DNA from: an uncultured Thermotogae bacterium
GTDB taxonomy: Bacteria; Bipolaricaulota; Bipolaricaulia; UBA7950; UBA9294
NCBI GenBank assembly: GCA_964570515.1
Contig: CAZMYM010000002.1
Span: 89,045-153,044, forward strand
Direction: 5' to 3'
Length of the DNA: 64,000 bases
Under the pieces are notes generated by a model. It searched no databases. It was not told the DNA's origin and saw only the letters and a list, made by a program, of their open reading frames with translations. Below, piece after piece: positions 62,774 through 64,000 of the stretch (position 1 is its first letter; each line of letters begins with the position of its first letter). The position numbers and the translations under genes are program-made.

Positions 62774-64000
62774 CTCCTCCTTGCCCCCATTTCGCCCAGT
62801 ACTTCACGGACGAGTTCGGAGGGAACCTTGTCCGTCACGGTGACATCCCCGACCGCTCGCGGGAGGACCCATCGAAGCGCGCCGGCCGTACGCTTCTTGT
62901 CGCACCCCATCGCAGCCTCGATCTCCTCGACCCTGTGTGCCGGACAGACCGTCGGAAGGCCGTTCCGGCGCAGGATCCGCTCGATCGTCTCAGCGAGTGA
63001 CGGTGTCGCTAAGCCTAGTTTGTGCCCCAGCCGCGCGGCGGCGACGAGCCCGATCGAAACCGCCTCTCCGTGCCGTAGCGCGTATCCGCTGAGTGTCTCC
63101 AACGCGTGCCCGACCGTGTGGCCCAGGTTCAGGACCGCCCGGCGGCCGGTTTCAAGCGGATCCTGCTCGACAACGGCTATCTTCACACCCAATGCGCGCA
63201 CGATCCGATCCACGGCCGCATCCGTCCCCCAAGACGCCCGATTCAGGGGCCTCTCTTCGAACTCCGCGAACAGGGTCGGATCGCCGAGGACTCCGTGCTT
63301 GATCACTTCCGCTACGCCGGACCGGAGCTCCTCGTCCGGAAGCGTTCCCAGCACGTGAGGATCGATCAGGACGAGATCGGGCCGCTTGAACGCTCCGACC
63401 AGGTTCTTCCCGTCGGGAAGGTTCACGCCGGTCTTCCCACCGACGCTCGCGTCGACCATCGATAAGAGCGTAGTCGGAACCTGGATGAAGCGAATGCCTC
63501 GCAGGAACGTCGCCGCAGCGAATCCGGCGATGTCCCCCGTGACGCCGCCCCCAAGGCCTATCAACGCGTCTCCCCGATCGAGTCCCTGTTGCAGCAGGCT
63601 ACCGTAGATGTCGCGCACGGTCTCGAGCGTCTTGAATCGCTCGCCGTCTGGGATGATGCACGACCCGATCTCGTATCCGGCATCCCTGATCGCCGCCGCC
63701 ACGGCCGCTCCGTAGAGAGAATCGACGATGGGATTGGAGACGATGACAATCCTGGATCTGGCCGCCAGACCGGCGGCGCGGACGCCGTCACCGAGGTGGG
63801 CCAGGAGACCTGGGCCGATCTGGATCGGGTAGGTCCCGTCGCCGTGGCGGACCGACAAGGTTCTCACGGACGCCAGGCGGACGACGTCCTCCACGACGTC
63901 CGCGATCGAGCGACTCGTTGTATCGACGTGCCACGGGAGGTCTGCGTACGCCTCCCTGCGGCTTTCCAGCAACTCCATGATCGTGGTCCGCGGGTCCTTC
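62770..64000 (-). CDS. aroB: 3-dehydroquinate synthase, apparently fused to (or overlapping the end of) shikimate kinase; 5' end beyond the window
   Basis: AroB motifs [30 protein letters not shown] and [12 protein letters not shown]. The frame stays open upstream of Met 63978 to base 63997 ([28 protein letters not shown]...), which resembles an AroK C-terminus. Confidence 0.8.
   Translation of the reverse strand, partial: KDPRTTIMELLESRREAYADLPWHVDTTSRSIADVVEDVVRLASVRTLSVRHGDGTYPIQIGPGLLAHLGDGVRAAGLAARSRIVIVSNPIVDSLYGAAVAAAIRDAGYEIGSCIIPDGERFKTLETVRDIYGSLLQQGLDRGDALIGLGGGVTGDIAGFAAATFLRGIRFIQVPTTLLSMVDASVGGKTGVNLPDGKNLVGAFKRPDLVLIDPHVLGTLPDEELRSGVAEVIKHGVLGDPTLFAEFEERPLNRASWGTDAAVDRIVRALGVKIAVVEQDPLETGRRAVLNLGHTVGHALETLSGYALRHGEAVSIGLVAAARLGHKLGLATPSLAETIERILRRNGLPTVCPAHRVEEIEAAMGCDKKRTAGALRWVLPRAVGDVTVTDKVPSELVREVLGEMGARRR

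Noticed and set aside
1-64000. CRISPR arrays, rRNA/tRNA genes, transposases, integrases, reverse transcriptases
   Set aside because: A visual scan of both strands found no regularly spaced repeats beyond those listed. No ORF has DDE, tyrosine- or serine-recombinase, or RT motifs. A proper tRNAscan/Infernal run could still find small RNAs that I cannot see by eye.

Overview
High-GC (about 60-65% by eye), gene-dense bacterial chromosomal segment. I found no rRNA, tRNA, CRISPR array, transposase or integrase. The backbone is housekeeping: gyrA (partial at the left edge, absent from the ORF track), a peptide ABC importer (binding protein plus 2 permeases), spoVS, argS, ftsY, ppdK, a CoA/pantothenate cluster (coaBC, DUF2520 reductase, panB, panC, coaX), a LolA-like/2xFtsX/ATPase cluster, envelope proteins (PKD-transglutaminase lipoprotein, VIT-VWA protein), an ACT protein, a PIG-L deacetylase, an IDH-family dehydrogenase with PrpD/MmgE, mutY, yebC, tilS-rseP, recA-recX-ispF, an adenylate cyclase divergent from a cNMP-binding protein, an MBL hydrolase, tdk, an NMT1/THI5-type ABC importer, a DapL-like aminotransferase, aroQ and aroK/aroB (right edge). 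Two accessory defence islands interrupt the backbone. Island 1 (about 12.4-19.4 kb, visibly lower GC at its right end) holds a DUF4297(Cap4-like nuclease)-HerA pair. Four co-directional genes follow it: a 2TM protein with a DUF4145/HEPN-like helix, a 262-aa unknown, a 119-aa Trp-rich protein and a P-loop NTPase-wHTH. I cannot assign these four to any named system. Island 2 (about 34.1-42.2 kb) holds HigB with an XRE-ImmA fused antitoxin, AbiEi/AbiEii, and an MmeI-like Type IIL restriction-modification enzyme. That enzyme is translationally coupled to a zinc-ribbon protein with an Rx4H (HEPN) motif and a 91-aa 2TM protein, and a wHTH gene remnant marks the island edge. The two best candidates for an undescribed system are the four-gene cluster at 12427-16187 and the MTase/Zn-ribbon-HEPN/2TM trio at 38004-41699. 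Other points are a diverged duplicate of the panC 3' end in front of coaX, 15-bp tandem repeats forming the RecA C-terminal tail with the recX start inside them, a 48-bp imperfect direct repeat in the MTase leader, and triple direct repeats between the cyclase and the cNMP-binding gene. All calls rest on manual translation and motif recognition; no database search was possible.
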